From the human T2T-CHM13v2.0 reference genome, Homo sapiens: a stretch of DNA of 64,000 nucleotides. Position numbers and translations under genes: made by a program. Under the pieces are notes generated by a model, which saw only the letters and a list, made by a program, of their open reading frames with translations, made no database searches and was not told the origin of the DNA. Positions 1 through 17,375 of this stretch are shown in pieces; the stretch's first letter is position 1; the number at the start of each line of letters is the position of its first letter. The stretch lies in NCBI RefSeq assembly GCF_009914755.1, contig NC_060945.1; one strand, 5' to 3'.

Positions 1-411
1 TCATGGGAGTTTTATATATAATTAAGATAGAAATTATATATTATTGCACACATTTTTACACATATGTAATATTCTCTACCATATGTATGTAAAATACACC
101 CATATGAATTATGTATAACATAAATATTTGTGTTATCCTGAAACATAAACGTAGATAATCATGTTTTAGAATGGGAATACTCAGGAGTATAGGGGTACCT
201 GTTCTCCCATTAGTCAGTCTGTGAATTCAATATTTATGTTTTCTCATCCAGAATTTCTCTGGGACCTGACAAGCTGACTCTCATGCTTGTGTGTAAGAGG
301 AAATGTTCTAGAATAGCTGGGAAGGTGGTGAAAGTAGCAGCAACAACGAAGCACAGTGAGGTGAAACTTGCCCTGCTGGATATGAAACCTCGTAATACTA
401 GAGTAATTTGA

Positions 412-868
<457 letters not shown>

Positions 869-1364
869 TAACAAATATCCATCTACCTACCATCTGTGAT
901 TACAAAACTTAGTATTTTATCATCCTTGCTTCACAATTATTTAATAAAGACAATACTTCCTCTGCACAAATGCTTACCTTAAAACTACTCTTGAATTCTT
1001 TTCACAATTGACTTATCAACTCCCAAATTTAAAACCATGTATTTTTGTCTTTATATGCCTTAGACATTTATAGAAAGGTATTTACTGAGCAGTTACTATG
1101 TGCCAGATATTATGCTGTTTTTATATACTGTTTTTACTTTATATAGCTAATTATATTATTTGTCACATACTAACCTATTTTAAATATAAAAAGAAATGAT
1201 GCATTAATGTTTTCAAACCTTGGTAACTTTTATTAAGTAAATACCTGAGAGGAAGCTTTTCCTGGTAATTGTGGTTTTATTTATGTATCTATAGTTATAA
1301 TTTATTAGAAGTACACTTGGTGTTTTAGTTCTTATTAATTCTATTTTTTTCCCATCCTGTTTAG

Positions 1365-1542
1365 ATGGTTTCCTAGAAACATGATTGTTTATTGGCGTTG
1401 ATCTCGCAGTCTGGTGAGAACTTCTTTACTGATAATGTCAAGTTCAGTTTATCCTCCCAACCAAGGAGCATTCAGCACAGAACAAAGTCGTTCTCCTCCT
1501 CACTCTGTAAAGTATACGTTTCCCAGCACCCACCACCAGCAG
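1365..1542 (+). pseudogene. NCOR1P: NCOR1 first coding exon (exon 2) copy; ATG at 1435
   Basis: Acceptor ...cctgtttag|ATGGTT at 1365 and donor CAG|gtaagg at 1542/1543. 1435-1542 (108 nt) encodes MSSSVYPPNQGAFSTEQSRSPPHSVKYTFPSTHHQQ versus NCOR1 MSSSGYPPNQGAFSTEQSRYPPHSVQYTFPNTRHQQ. Confidence 0.95.
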
Positions 1543-2466
1543 GTAAGGAACAAATGCTATGCAAATTGCACGTTTTTTTGTTTTTCTTTACTTTTCCTAT
1601 TTAATACACATGTTGGTAGAAACCACCAAATTTGCCTTTTTTTTTAAGTGGCAAGAGCTATTTACAAAGACAAGGAACCAAAGGTTGGGAATTAATTATT
1701 TCTGTCTTCTTACTGTGGCTTTATGCCGATTTCAGGAGTTGAACTTGTCTTTGTTTTGATGACAGGAGTTGATGATAAATAGAAAACTTATCAATTCTCT
1801 AGAATTTCTAGGGTAAGACCTATATTTATACTCCCAAGTTGTGGTTGAGTTTTAAGCTGGCTAGATAACTTGGCATGTCTTGAGTGATGGCCAGGATAAA
1901 GACCTCTGTCTTCTTGAGAGATTGATGGTAGGAAGATTTGCATAGTAGGTAGGAAGGAAGGAAGGGATGGTAGATAGGAAGGAAGACTTTATTATAGGAA
2001 GAGTTTGTAAGAGATTGATTTACCTTGTGAAAAATAAAGTATGAGGTGAAATAATCATCTCAGAGTAGACCAAAGATATGGATGTAAGAGGTTTAAAGAA
2101 AAATAGGAAAGGATGGGATAAAACGGTCATCTCAGAGACTAAGAAAGCAGATTTGTCATCAAAATGTACTACGGGGTCCTACTGAGGACTCCTTTGAAGT
2201 GTAGTCATGATTACAGAGTTAGAATGGACATTCCTACGATGTTCCTGTGTAGGGAGGCATTTAGTCTTTTACCATTACGTGTAACGTTAGTTGCACATTT
2301 TTGTTGATGCCTTTTTTGGTTGAAGAGGTTGCTTTCTGTTCCTAGTTTGAGAATTTCTGTCATGATTGGTGTTGAATTTTGCTTGTGTTGTCCCCCTACC
2401 CCAGTGTTATTCATCTGATTACCAATTTTCCGGATTATTGTTGCTGCTGGTTTTTTCATAAAATCA

Positions 2467-2764
<298 letters not shown>

Positions 2765-3332
2765 TTAACTTTGCAGTTTAGTTTATATATATATACACAT
2801 ATATCTATATTAGAATGCACTCATTATATGTGTACATTGTAACAAATTTTGACAAATTCATAAACTCATAGAACCATCACCAAAATGAAGATGAACAACA
2901 TTTCTAACACTCCAGCACGTTCCTTGGCACCCCATCCTCCTTGGCACCCACCCGTGTCAGTCCTCCTCCCCCAATTCCTACTAACCTCAGCTCCTAGGAA
3001 ACCACTGATCTGCTTTCTGTCATAAAACATTGTATACATTCTGAGCTTCATGGGAACTCTTTTGTCTATGACCTCTTTTGCTTCCCATAATACTTCTGTG
3101 ATCTATCCATGTCTGGCATGTCTCAGTTCATTCCTTTTTATTGTTGAGTATGGGTATACCACAATTTGTTTATCCAGTCACCTATTCCAGTTTTTGATTA
3201 TTATAGATAAAATTACTTAGAAAACATATATCTATATATTGTATCTAGATTATTAAAAGAAGTTTTGCCTCATTTTCTTAACAGTATCCTTTGGAGAGCA
3301 TACATTTTTTATTTTTATCAAGTCCGATGTAG

Positions 3333-4038
<706 letters not shown>

Positions 4039-4251
4039 GTGAGCCATCGCGCCCGACCAATTTTCACTTATGTTTTCTTCTCTAAGTTTTATAATTATAG
4101 GTGTTTCATTTAGGTAAATTACCTATTTTGAATTAAAATTTTATATGTGGTGTGGTAAGCGTTGAGTTTCAGTCTTTCTGCATTAAGAATGATGTTAGCT
4201 TGGAGAGTGCTCTTTACTCCTGTGTTTTCTTTTCTTAAGGGGTTTGTGTAG

Positions 4252-4989
<738 letters not shown>

Positions 4990-5718
4990 GGATTGATACT
5001 TTTTCAACCTTAGATATTTGATAGAATTTATCAATGAAACTTGGTCCCAGATTTTTTTTTCTGGGAAGAATTTAAATATGAATTAAATTTCTTTAATAGT
5101 TATAATTCAGATAATTTTTTCTTGAGTCAGTTTGGGTATATTTTGTTGTTTAAGGTATCAGATTTATTGACATAATTTGTCTCAATATTTCCTCATCATT
5201 TCAGTGCCTTTGAGATATGTTGCTATGTTGTTAATCATGTTGATAATGTTTGTTTTTATTATTTTTTAATCAGTCTGCCTAGAGGTTTATCAGTTTAATA
5301 GATTTTTGAAGAACTAGCTTTGGTTTCAATCATTTTCACTATTTTTCTATTTCACTGATTTCTACTCTTTATTTTTTTTCCTTCTCTAATTGCCTGTGTA
5401 TATATCATCACTTCATTCTTTTTGTGTATTCAAGTTTTCTTCTGATATTATTGTGTTTTTGCCTGAAGCACTTCATTTCTCTCAGTTTAGCTAAGTCTTT
5501 TGGCAATTAATTCTCTCAGCTTTTATTTGCCTGAAAATGTTTTTATTTCTGAAGACTATTTTCACTAGATATAGAATTCTAAGTTGACAGTTTCAGTATT
5601 TTAAGAGATGTCATATCATTGTATTCTGGTTTGTATGGTTTCTGACTAGAAGCCTGAGGTCATTCTTAATTTTTGCTCATTAATATATAAAACACATTTT
5701 CCCCCCTGTGGCTACTTG

Positions 5719-6280
<562 letters not shown>

Positions 6281-7678
6281 AACATATTCTAATACTTTTC
6301 CCAGAGTCTTTTTGTTTCAATTTTTCTTTTTTTTAAGCATACTGAAATTTAAAATGTTTTTACTGCCATCAAATATTTTTTCTATGTTTGTTAACCTTTA
6401 TGCCTGATTGCCCTTTCTTCCCTGATATCAGATAAATAAGTACCCACACATTTTCTTTGAGTTTTCATGCAATGAAGAGTAATTTAAAAGATAATAAATG
6501 TATCTACAATTTATTTTCAAATAGTTCAGCCAAAATGAAGTTTTATAAACATACACAGACACACACAGAAAGTAAATATGTTAAAATGTTAACTACTGGT
6601 GAATCTAGATGAAGGATAAATGAGTGTCCATTATACTGTTCCTTCAACTTTTAAGTGAATTTGAAATTTTTCAAAATAGTAAGTTGGATGGGGAAATATT
6701 CTTTGCCATAAGCTAGAAATTAGCTAAGCTTCTAGGTGTTTTGTGACCCACCTTATCATTTGAAATATCCTTATCCTACAGTAGTCTGTGGGGTTTATAA
6801 GAAGTGTTCTGCTGCATTAAAAAAAAGAAATTTAAAAATATAGTGAATAAAGGTCATCTTCCATGGCTGAATACATTACCAAAAATGTAATTTATAGAAT
6901 TTCGTTTTTTAGCAGACAAGTGTCTTAAAAACTCATTCATTAAAATGAGATGTGTTGTGTGGTAATGTGACCCATTTCCATGTTATAGTTGAGAAACTGG
7001 GTGTTCAGAAAAATTAAGTGACCTAGGTAGTACCTCCTGAGCTGGAATTAACCCAGGACCCCTGACTCTAGTCCTGCTTTTTTTCCTCTAAAGTGTAAAC
7101 CATGACTACTACTACTAACTAATACTTCTCTTTCCATCTCCCTCTCCCCATTCTCTCCCAACTGCCCACCTCCAGAAGTAAGTATTTAAAAAGAACTAAC
7201 ATTTGTTAGATTTTTTTTAAATGTTAAGCCTAGGTATATCATTTATAGAAGAATTAAATAAGCTTGAAAGAAAAAATTACCTGCAGTTTTACCAGTTAAA
7301 AGTTATTAACATTTTCATGTTGATTCTTCCCTATTTGTGTGTGTATTATTTTAATTTTAGTTTAATTTAATTTTATGGGTTTTTTCTTTTGTTTTTTGTT
7401 TTTTTTTGCTGCTGCTCCTTGTGTAACAGGGCTAACCCATAGGCAGTGTGTCCAGAGTCGGCCCGTATGAATGTTTTAATGTGCTCACTTTGTACATTCT
7501 GTTTAACTTTACTTTTGCTTAAATACGTGCTTAACTTCTTTTTGTGTCAATAAGTTTACAACTGTATTGTTAGTGGCTACTTAGTATTCCACATATGAAT
7601 AAATAAAGTTATTTATTTAATCAATTTTCATACATTTAGGTTACCTGTTTGTTCAGAAGTACGGTGTTGTGACATGCA

Positions 7679-7969
7679 TTTTTTTTTTTTTTTTGAGATG
7701 GAGTCTCACTTTGTTGCCCAGGCTGGAGTGCAGTGGCATGATCTTGGCTCACTGCAACCTATACCTCCCAGCGATTCTCCTGCCTCAGGCTCCCAAATAG
7801 CTGGGACTACAGGTGCATGCCACCAAGTTCAGCTAATTTTTGTATTTTTAGTGGAGACGAGGTTTCACCATGTTAGCCAGGCTGGTCTCGAACTCCTGAC
7901 CTCAGGTGATCTGCACACCTTGGCCTCCCAAAGTGCTGGGATTACAGGCATGAGCCATTGCAGCTGGCC
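7679..7969 (-). mobile_element. Alu (AluS)
   Basis: Dimeric Alu with a small internal deletion near 7770. Confidence 0.95.
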
Positions 7970-8075
7970 CGTACATTATTTAGCTTGTTTTTTCTGTATG
8001 CATTCTTACTTGTTTCCTTAAGGTAGATTTCTTTTAGTATAATTAATTACAGACCAGGTTGATTTTTAAGGTTCA

Positions 8076-8550
<475 letters not shown>

Positions 8551-8720
8551 TTAAATTAAACGTATTATTTGTTAGTAAAATTTAACATTTTTTTATTTGT
8601 TTATTGGTTATTTTTCCTGTTTTGTAAATTGATTTTTCATATATGTTGCCCATTTTGCTGTTGGTTTATTTTATATTGAGTTGTTAGAGTGCATGTTTTG
8701 CAAATGGTTTTCCTATTTAA

Positions 8721-9152
<432 letters not shown>

Positions 9153-10012
9153 TAATGTATTTTTTATCTTTTGCTTTTGGCTTTCCTGAACCCACGATAA
9201 TGTGAATCTTTTTTTTTTTTTAATTTGAGGCTTTTTGTGATTTGCTAATAAGCCTCTTATAAATGTTTGCTATTACTTGGCTTTTTTTATGTAAGATATG
9301 AGGTAAGAATCTAACTCTTTTTTCTTCAGGATTGGTATCTTGCTGTTTCAACCCAAGATTGTAAACTTCATGAAGGGAGATATCTTGTCTGTTTTGATCC
9401 ACCACCCTATTCCTGTTATATAAGTAGGCACTTGAGGATTTGGTTTCTTATTAAATATTTAATATTTAGAAAGGAAGTCAGTGGAAAATATTCATTTGTA
9501 ATATTAATTCTTTGCATCAGAATATTAATCTTTGCATCTGATGCATCAGATGCATCAGAATCACCTGAGGAGCACTTTTGAAGTCTGCTGATTCAAAATG
9601 TAATCTCTTTTTCTGTTATATATGTTTCTGTAACACAAATTTGCTCATATGCATATAGTGGGAGAATGACATTAATGTATCATGAAAGTCCTGGTAGTTC
9701 ACCAAAGATCTTTCTTTATGCATTAACATTTCTAAGTTCTCAGGAGTATGCTGTCTCATAATGAAAGAAAAAGGCTTCACAACACATGAAGACTTAAGAA
9801 TATTTGAACATTCTGCATTTAGTTTTCATTTAGTGCAAATAGTAGCTGGTTTAGTGAATTTAAGAACTGTCGTGCTTTTCACAGTGTTAGTGAAGATTCA
9901 AGCATTGAAAAGACAATGTGAAGACAAATTTTCTTGTATTTTTTTTTAGCGTTGATAAAGGAGGGAGGGGGAGAAAAAGAGGTTGATAAACATGGTTATA
10001 TGCCAAATCTGA

Positions 10013-10310
<298 letters not shown>

Positions 10311-11536
10311 ACTGATATTTTATTTAGATGAAACATACTGGTTTATTTTGGAAGCCAATGACCTCACGGATTTACATCTTAAGAGAGGAATCATAAACTC
10401 TAGGGCTTAAAGCTGCCAAAGATGGATTGTATGCCAGATGCAAAGGATACTGGAGCTTTAACTCTATTAAGTCTATTAGAATTGTTATTGCTTTTATTGG
10501 TGCTTTCCTTACAGAACTGTACAGGTTTTAGGGTATAGCCATAATCTTATTTTCCCAGAAGGCCTCTCAGATTCAGTGCATACTATTACAGAATATGAGG
10601 CTTTTCATCAGTGTATATTAGCTGAAATATCTGTACTACGGTGTTTTGAAGCAACTGTCCAGTTATCTCCTGTAGGCATTCTTGGCTCAGAACTATTGAC
10701 TTTTCACAGTTCCTTAATCATTATTTAATACATTTTAGGGTTCTGTAATCCTGTGAACTACCCTCATTGTAGGTTTCTGATAGTCTAAGTAAAATTAGTG
10801 CTCTAAACTTTATGTTTTATAATATTGCTTATATCTTTACAGCAGACTGGAAATTAATAGGGTGTGTGTGGATGTGTGTTGGAGTGGATTTTGGGTGAAG
10901 GGGCTTTCATTCTGCTACAGCTCTGCTGATTTGGAGGTGCAGTGGGATGTTTTTGGCTAAGGAAATGTTACGTATGCTGTAGTGTGGGCTTTATGGAAGT
11001 AGGCCCAGAGATAGTAGCAGCTGAAGTTCCTAGGTCACTTCTCTGACTCGTGTACCTCAGTTTTGGTTTGGAAAGCCTGAAAACTTCTGATAGGAACACT
11101 TGGCCATGTTATAGTTGTTAAGTTGGGTGGACACACAGGTTTTACCTGGAATAATACTATTTCCCAGCCAGTGGTTCAGACCATTTGAAGAGCCATTGCA
11201 AGGAAATGGCTGAGAAGTTGGTATCTTCGTCATGATTGCATTATTTACCTATAAATTCTCTATAATTTCAGTATTGTTACACTAGAGGCTGATCAGCACT
11301 AACTCACCTGACTTTGTATAGCTTTTAGGCTCTTCAGAATAGTACATGGTATATCTAAACTATAAAAGTGAGGTGAGAATTTGCATATATGTAAATATGA
11401 AAGTTACTGCTAAAGGTTTCATTAGACACATATTACACATGGCTCTGCTGTGGTTTAAAACTGACTGTTTCATTTAAGGCAATCTGGACTCTATTAGTGA
11501 GAAATGAATTGTTTTTCTTGGTTTTATTCTCTAAAG

Positions 11537-11719
11537 GATCCAGCATTTGGAGGCAAACATGAAGCTCCATCCTCTCCAATTTCGGGGCAACCATGTGGAG
11601 ATGATCAAAATGCTTTACCTTCAAAACTTTCAAACGAAGAGTTAATACAAAGTATGGATCGTGTAGATTGAAAAATTGCAAAAGTAGAACAGCAGATCCT
11701 TAAACTGAAAAAGAAACAA
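11537..11719 (+). pseudogene. NCOR1P: NCOR1 exon 5 copy (aa ~146-206) with premature stop
   Basis: Acceptor ttattctctaaag|GATCCA and donor CAA|gtaaaa; 183 nt. Translates DPAFGGKHEAPSSPISGQPCGDDQNALPSKLSNEELIQSMDRVD*KIAKVEQQILKLKKKQ, with TGA at 11669-11671 where NCOR1 has Arg. Confidence 0.95.
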
Positions 11720-12392
11720 GTAAAAGTCTTTGCCTAATATATTCTAAGAATGTATGTTTTTCTCCCTACAGAAGATAATTTTGAGTTTTCCATATTTTGA
11801 AACTTTACATAAAAGGAATCATGCCTTACGTATTCTGACTTGCTGTTTTTTGCTACTATTGTGGTTTTCTTACATTCATTCATTTTCCTTGCTGCACTGT
11901 CTGATTATATGATTGCAGAGAGTGAAATTTGTTTTTCCATTCTATTTTTGATTTTTTTTTGATAATCCATACAATGGTGCTGGTTTTTGGTTCACATGTA
12001 GAGATTTTCCAGGGCATGTGCCCAGGATTGGCAGTGCTTGGCCCAAGATTATGCACAGTGAACTATTTAATAGATGATACCAAATTTGCTAAGAAGTAAC
12101 ACCATTTTATATTCCCACTGGCAGCTTATGTGGGTACTTATTTGTGCACATTCTTGCCTTTACTTGATATCATTTTTTCAGTTGGATATGAAATAGTCTT
12201 GTGTGGTTTGGAAGGAGGCTGAGCTTATTTTCATTTGTTTATGAGTTATTTGGGTTCCTTATGTGCATTGTTCAAGTCTTTTGTCTATAGTCTCCTATTT
12301 CATCATTGAAACTTTTAGGATTTCCTGAAGTCCCTTGTCAGATATGTGTATAGAAGATTTGCCTAGTTTGAGGCCTGTCACTTCACTTTTAG

Positions 12393-13640
<1,248 letters not shown>

Positions 13641-15056
13641 GATAGTGTTTTTTTGGTGAACAGAATTTGTTTAGGTTTTACATGAAAACCCACTGGGGCT
13701 ATTAAGGTAGTTTTACTATATTATCTTTAGAAGTTTTATGATTTTCCTTTTCATCTTATTGCTAATCCACTGGAAACTACATGTTGTATAGTCAGTGTTC
13801 ATTTATATTTACTCACATATTTGTCTTCTTACGTACTCACTATCTATTCTCGCAACTCAAGTCTTCCATCTATGGGAACACCCTTCTACTGAAGAACGTC
13901 TCTTAGAATTTCCTTTAGTGAAGGTCTCTTAGTTAGCAAATTCAGTATTTGTTTGGTTTTTATGACTTAAATATTGTCTTATATTTGGCCTGTTTATTAA
14001 AAGATATACTAATTTCGTATGTGATTATTTTTTCTTAGTACATTGTCTTCCTGCTTCCATTTTTAAGACATTAGCTCTTGGTCTAAATCCATATTCTTTC
14101 ATGGATAATGTGAATTTTCTCTCGGTTGTTTTCAATATATTCTTTTCTTCAGGGTTCTGTTATTTTTATGATGATATATTTAGGTGTTTTATTTTCCTTT
14201 TAAATCTGTCCAACTTGAGCTTCATGAATATGAAGGGTGGAGTTTTTCATCATTTTGAGAAAATTCCAAGCCATTATCTTTTTTACAAAAGCTTTCTAAC
14301 AGTTTATTATTTTACTTATGAAATCCTGTTAGTTGTAATATCTTGTCACTCTTGTCTTCCACGTCTCTTGTTTTTTTCTTATTTTTTTACTTCTTTGGGC
14401 TTCATTCTGAGCAATTTCTTCAGCCTGTCTTCCAGTTTACATTTTCCTTTTCAATTATATGTAATCTGCTGTCGAATCTGTCTTCAATTTCAACAATTAT
14501 GTTTTTATTTCTGGAATTTCTATTTGGCTCCTTCTCAAATCTGCCTGGTCATTTTTTAAAATGTTTTTTGCTTTCATTGAGTTGTATTAAATTTTTGTTA
14601 TATGCCCAACAATTCTAATTAAGTCTTTATTGGTTTGGATTTGCTGAGTCTCTTTTCTTTTTTGTTTTGTCTTTATTTTCTTTACTTGTACAATGGTAAT
14701 CTAGTAATAACACCAACTAAATCACATGATTGTTTTATGAATTGAGATAATGAATATATTGCATAATATGTGGTACATAGTAAATGTATATGCAATCCAT
14801 TATAATAATTAGAAATAATGAAATATAATGTATGATTATTATGAAATATACCAGAGCCACAAATTTTATTGAGCGATACAAAGGACAACTAGAGAAAACA
14901 AAGAAATATGCCATAGCTGGATGGAAAGAGTAATAATAATGTTGTGTGTTCATCTTGGACTAAATCATGTCTCATATAATTTCAATAAAATTCCAATTAA
15001 ATTCATTTTTAGAACATGGCAAATATATTGTAAAGTTAATGTAAAAGAACAAACAG

Positions 15057-15372
15057 GGCCAGGCTCAGTGGCTCAACCTGTAATCCCAGCACTTTAGGAG
15101 GCTGAGGCGGGCATATCACGAGGTCAGGAGATCGAGACCATCCTGGCTAACACGGTGAAACCCCATCTCTACTATAATACAAAAAATTAGCCAGGCATTG
15201 TTGCAGGCGCCTGTAGTCCCCGCTACTCAGGAGTCTGAGGCAGGAGAATGGCGTGAACCCAGGAGGAGGAGCTTGTGGTGAGTGGAGATCACGCCACTGC
15301 ACTCAAGCTTGGGCGACAGGGCGAGATTCCATCTCAAAAATAAAATAAAATAAAATAAAAAAAGAAAAAGAA
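15057..15372 (+). mobile_element. AluY at the apparent NCOR1-block / BSNDP-block boundary
   Basis: AluY diagnostics (gagatcgagaccatcctggctaacacggtgaaacccc, ggagaatggcgtgaaccc); no convincing TSD. Confidence 0.93.
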
Positions 15373-15994
15373 TTTGTGTCTTGTTTCCTCATTAATGTTG
15401 GTTGAAAGCATGTTGACACTTGTCTTTGACTTGTGTTTTATTAACATCGATTGGTATATTAAAAGTTCCTCTGAGCTTACCTTCTCTAAAAAAATATAAG
15501 AAAAAGGGCCTGTGGGAAGGACTATGAGGCAGAGGGGCTGGTGTGAGCACATGCTGGGCAGGAGGAAAGAGGTAATGACCAGGACCAGGGAAATCCCCAA
15601 ACCCAGCAAGTCAGGGAGCCAAATGAAAGCCTTTCATCCTGTATCGGCCACCTAACCCCATCGACACTCCAAGTGAACATTCTCTTTTAGAGATACTCAT
15701 TGTCCTGTTTCTTCTGTAATCTTGTAAAGGAATCTGATTTCTCCCATTAGCCTTTCACAGGACTAAAATTTCACATTAGAATGCTATTGTTTAGAAGGCA
15801 TCTTCTTAGATTAGGCTGCAAGGAGATTGAGGAAGTTACTGTCAGTCACTTATACCCCACAGGGACATTAATTCACCAGAGCTTTGGTGGGGGAGTAGAG
15901 GAGCTCATTACAAGCAGGTCTGGATGCTGCACAGAGTGTAAAGGGGGCAGAAGGATCCAGGACACCTAGGCCTGGAGATATCGCCAATGCTGGG

Positions 15995-16350
15995 AGGTAC
16001 TGTTATTATCCCCATTTTACAGAGGAGGAAACAGACACAGGCAGGTAATGTTATCAAGACCACGCTGCCCCACAGTACAGGAGCCAGGATCTAAGCACAG
16101 GCAGCCTGCCTTGCCATCAGAGCTCTCACCCATAACCCTGTGCTGCAGTTAAGCAGCATTGCCCTGTGGCCAGGGGGCACAGCTTCTGGGTTCACGTTCC
16201 AGCTTCTCTACCATTTCCAGCTGTGTGATCTTGGGCAAGTTACTTGTCTGTGCTCAGTGTCCTCTGCATAGTGGGTGTAGCAATACGTGCCTCATGGAGT
16301 CCCTTAAGTGAGTTAATAGCTGTAACATGCTTAGAATGGTGCCATGCACA
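15995..16350. mobile_element. Two MIRs in opposite orientation (- ~15995-16130; + ~16170-16350)
   Basis: attatccccattttacagaggaggaaac and gctgtgtgatcttgggcaagttactt core motifs. Confidence 0.7.
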
Positions 16351-16932
16351 TCATCACCATCCACTGTATATGGGCCATCATGCCTGAATTCCAGATGGAC
16401 ACATATCCTTGAAGGGTCTAAAATCTAGGATCCTGAAATGCCTGGCAGTGGGATCCTGAAATCCTCTGGCAGCATTTTAACATATTTTGGCTGCAGAATT
16501 GTACCCTGCTTCCTGGGGCTAGAAGGTGTGGGATCAGCTGCTTACTCAGTTCAACCCCAAAGTAGGCAAAGAAGGTTTTGTCACAGGCTTCCCTGGGGCC
16601 AGCCCCTGTAACCTCCCCTTGTCCCTCCCTTGCATGCTTCCTCACCCATATTCACACATGAACTCCAGGCCTTCTGGGCCCCAAGGGAAGGAGAGAAGGT
16701 GGGAAGTGGGTTCACTGGTCCACCGAAGCATGCTGCCTCCAGCCCTGCTGCACTGGTGGGTCCAGGGAATGGGCCTGGAGCTGAAGGGCTCTTGCCCTCC
16801 CTTTAACTTTAAACCTTGACTTGCAGTGATCCAAGAGCTTCATCTCTTCCTGTGAGCCTGTCTGGATGTTTATGCGGGATGGCTTGGGCCCCTTCTTTCA
16901 GGGGTGCACAGGCAAGGGCCTGACCGACAGCC

Positions 16933-17115
16933 ATGGCAGATGAGGAGACTTTGGCAGATGAGAAGACCTTCTACTTCAGCTTCAATGTATGGGTCTTCTC
17001 CTGGCTCTCAGTACATTCCTCCTGAGTCATGATGGGCTCCAGTTCAGTGAAACTCTGTGGCAGCATCATGGTGTCCAGGGGTTTAATCTGGGGCATGTGC
17101 CAGTGCTACCCCAAG
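16933..17115 (+). pseudogene. BSNDP: Barttin (BSND) exon-1 pseudogene remnant, BSNDP-type
   Basis: gccATGG start. Across frameshifts it reads (MADEETL)ADEKTFYFSFNV / MGLLLALSTFLLSHDGLQFSETL / CGSIMVSRGLIWGMCQCYPK|gtatgt, versus BSND [59 protein letters not shown], with the donor at the same position. In-frame stop at 17023-17025. Confidence 0.9.
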
Positions 17116-17249
17116 GTATGTGGTTGTGGGTGTGAGTGGAGCCAGAAGGGCTGGATCTTGTTCCTCTCTTCCATGTATCAGCCCCATCCTTCAATCATCT
17201 TGTTATTTTCATTTTGACTCCCTGTTTTATTCGGTATTCTCTTCTGAGC

Positions 17250-17375
17250 ACCCGTCCATTCATTTATCCATTCATCCATCTATTCATCCATCCATTCATC
17301 CCAGCATCAATCTATCAATCCATGCATCCATCCATTTATTTGTCCAACCACCCATCCATCTATCTGTCCATCATT
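17250..17375 (+). repeat. Degenerate (CATC/TCCA)n microsatellite
   Basis: Visible tetranucleotide periodicity. Confidence 0.9.

Noticed and set aside
16810-17100. Protein-like minus-strand reading MPQIKPLDTMMLPQSFTELEPIMTQEE...
   Set aside because: It is the antisense shadow of the BSND exon relic and contains a stop.
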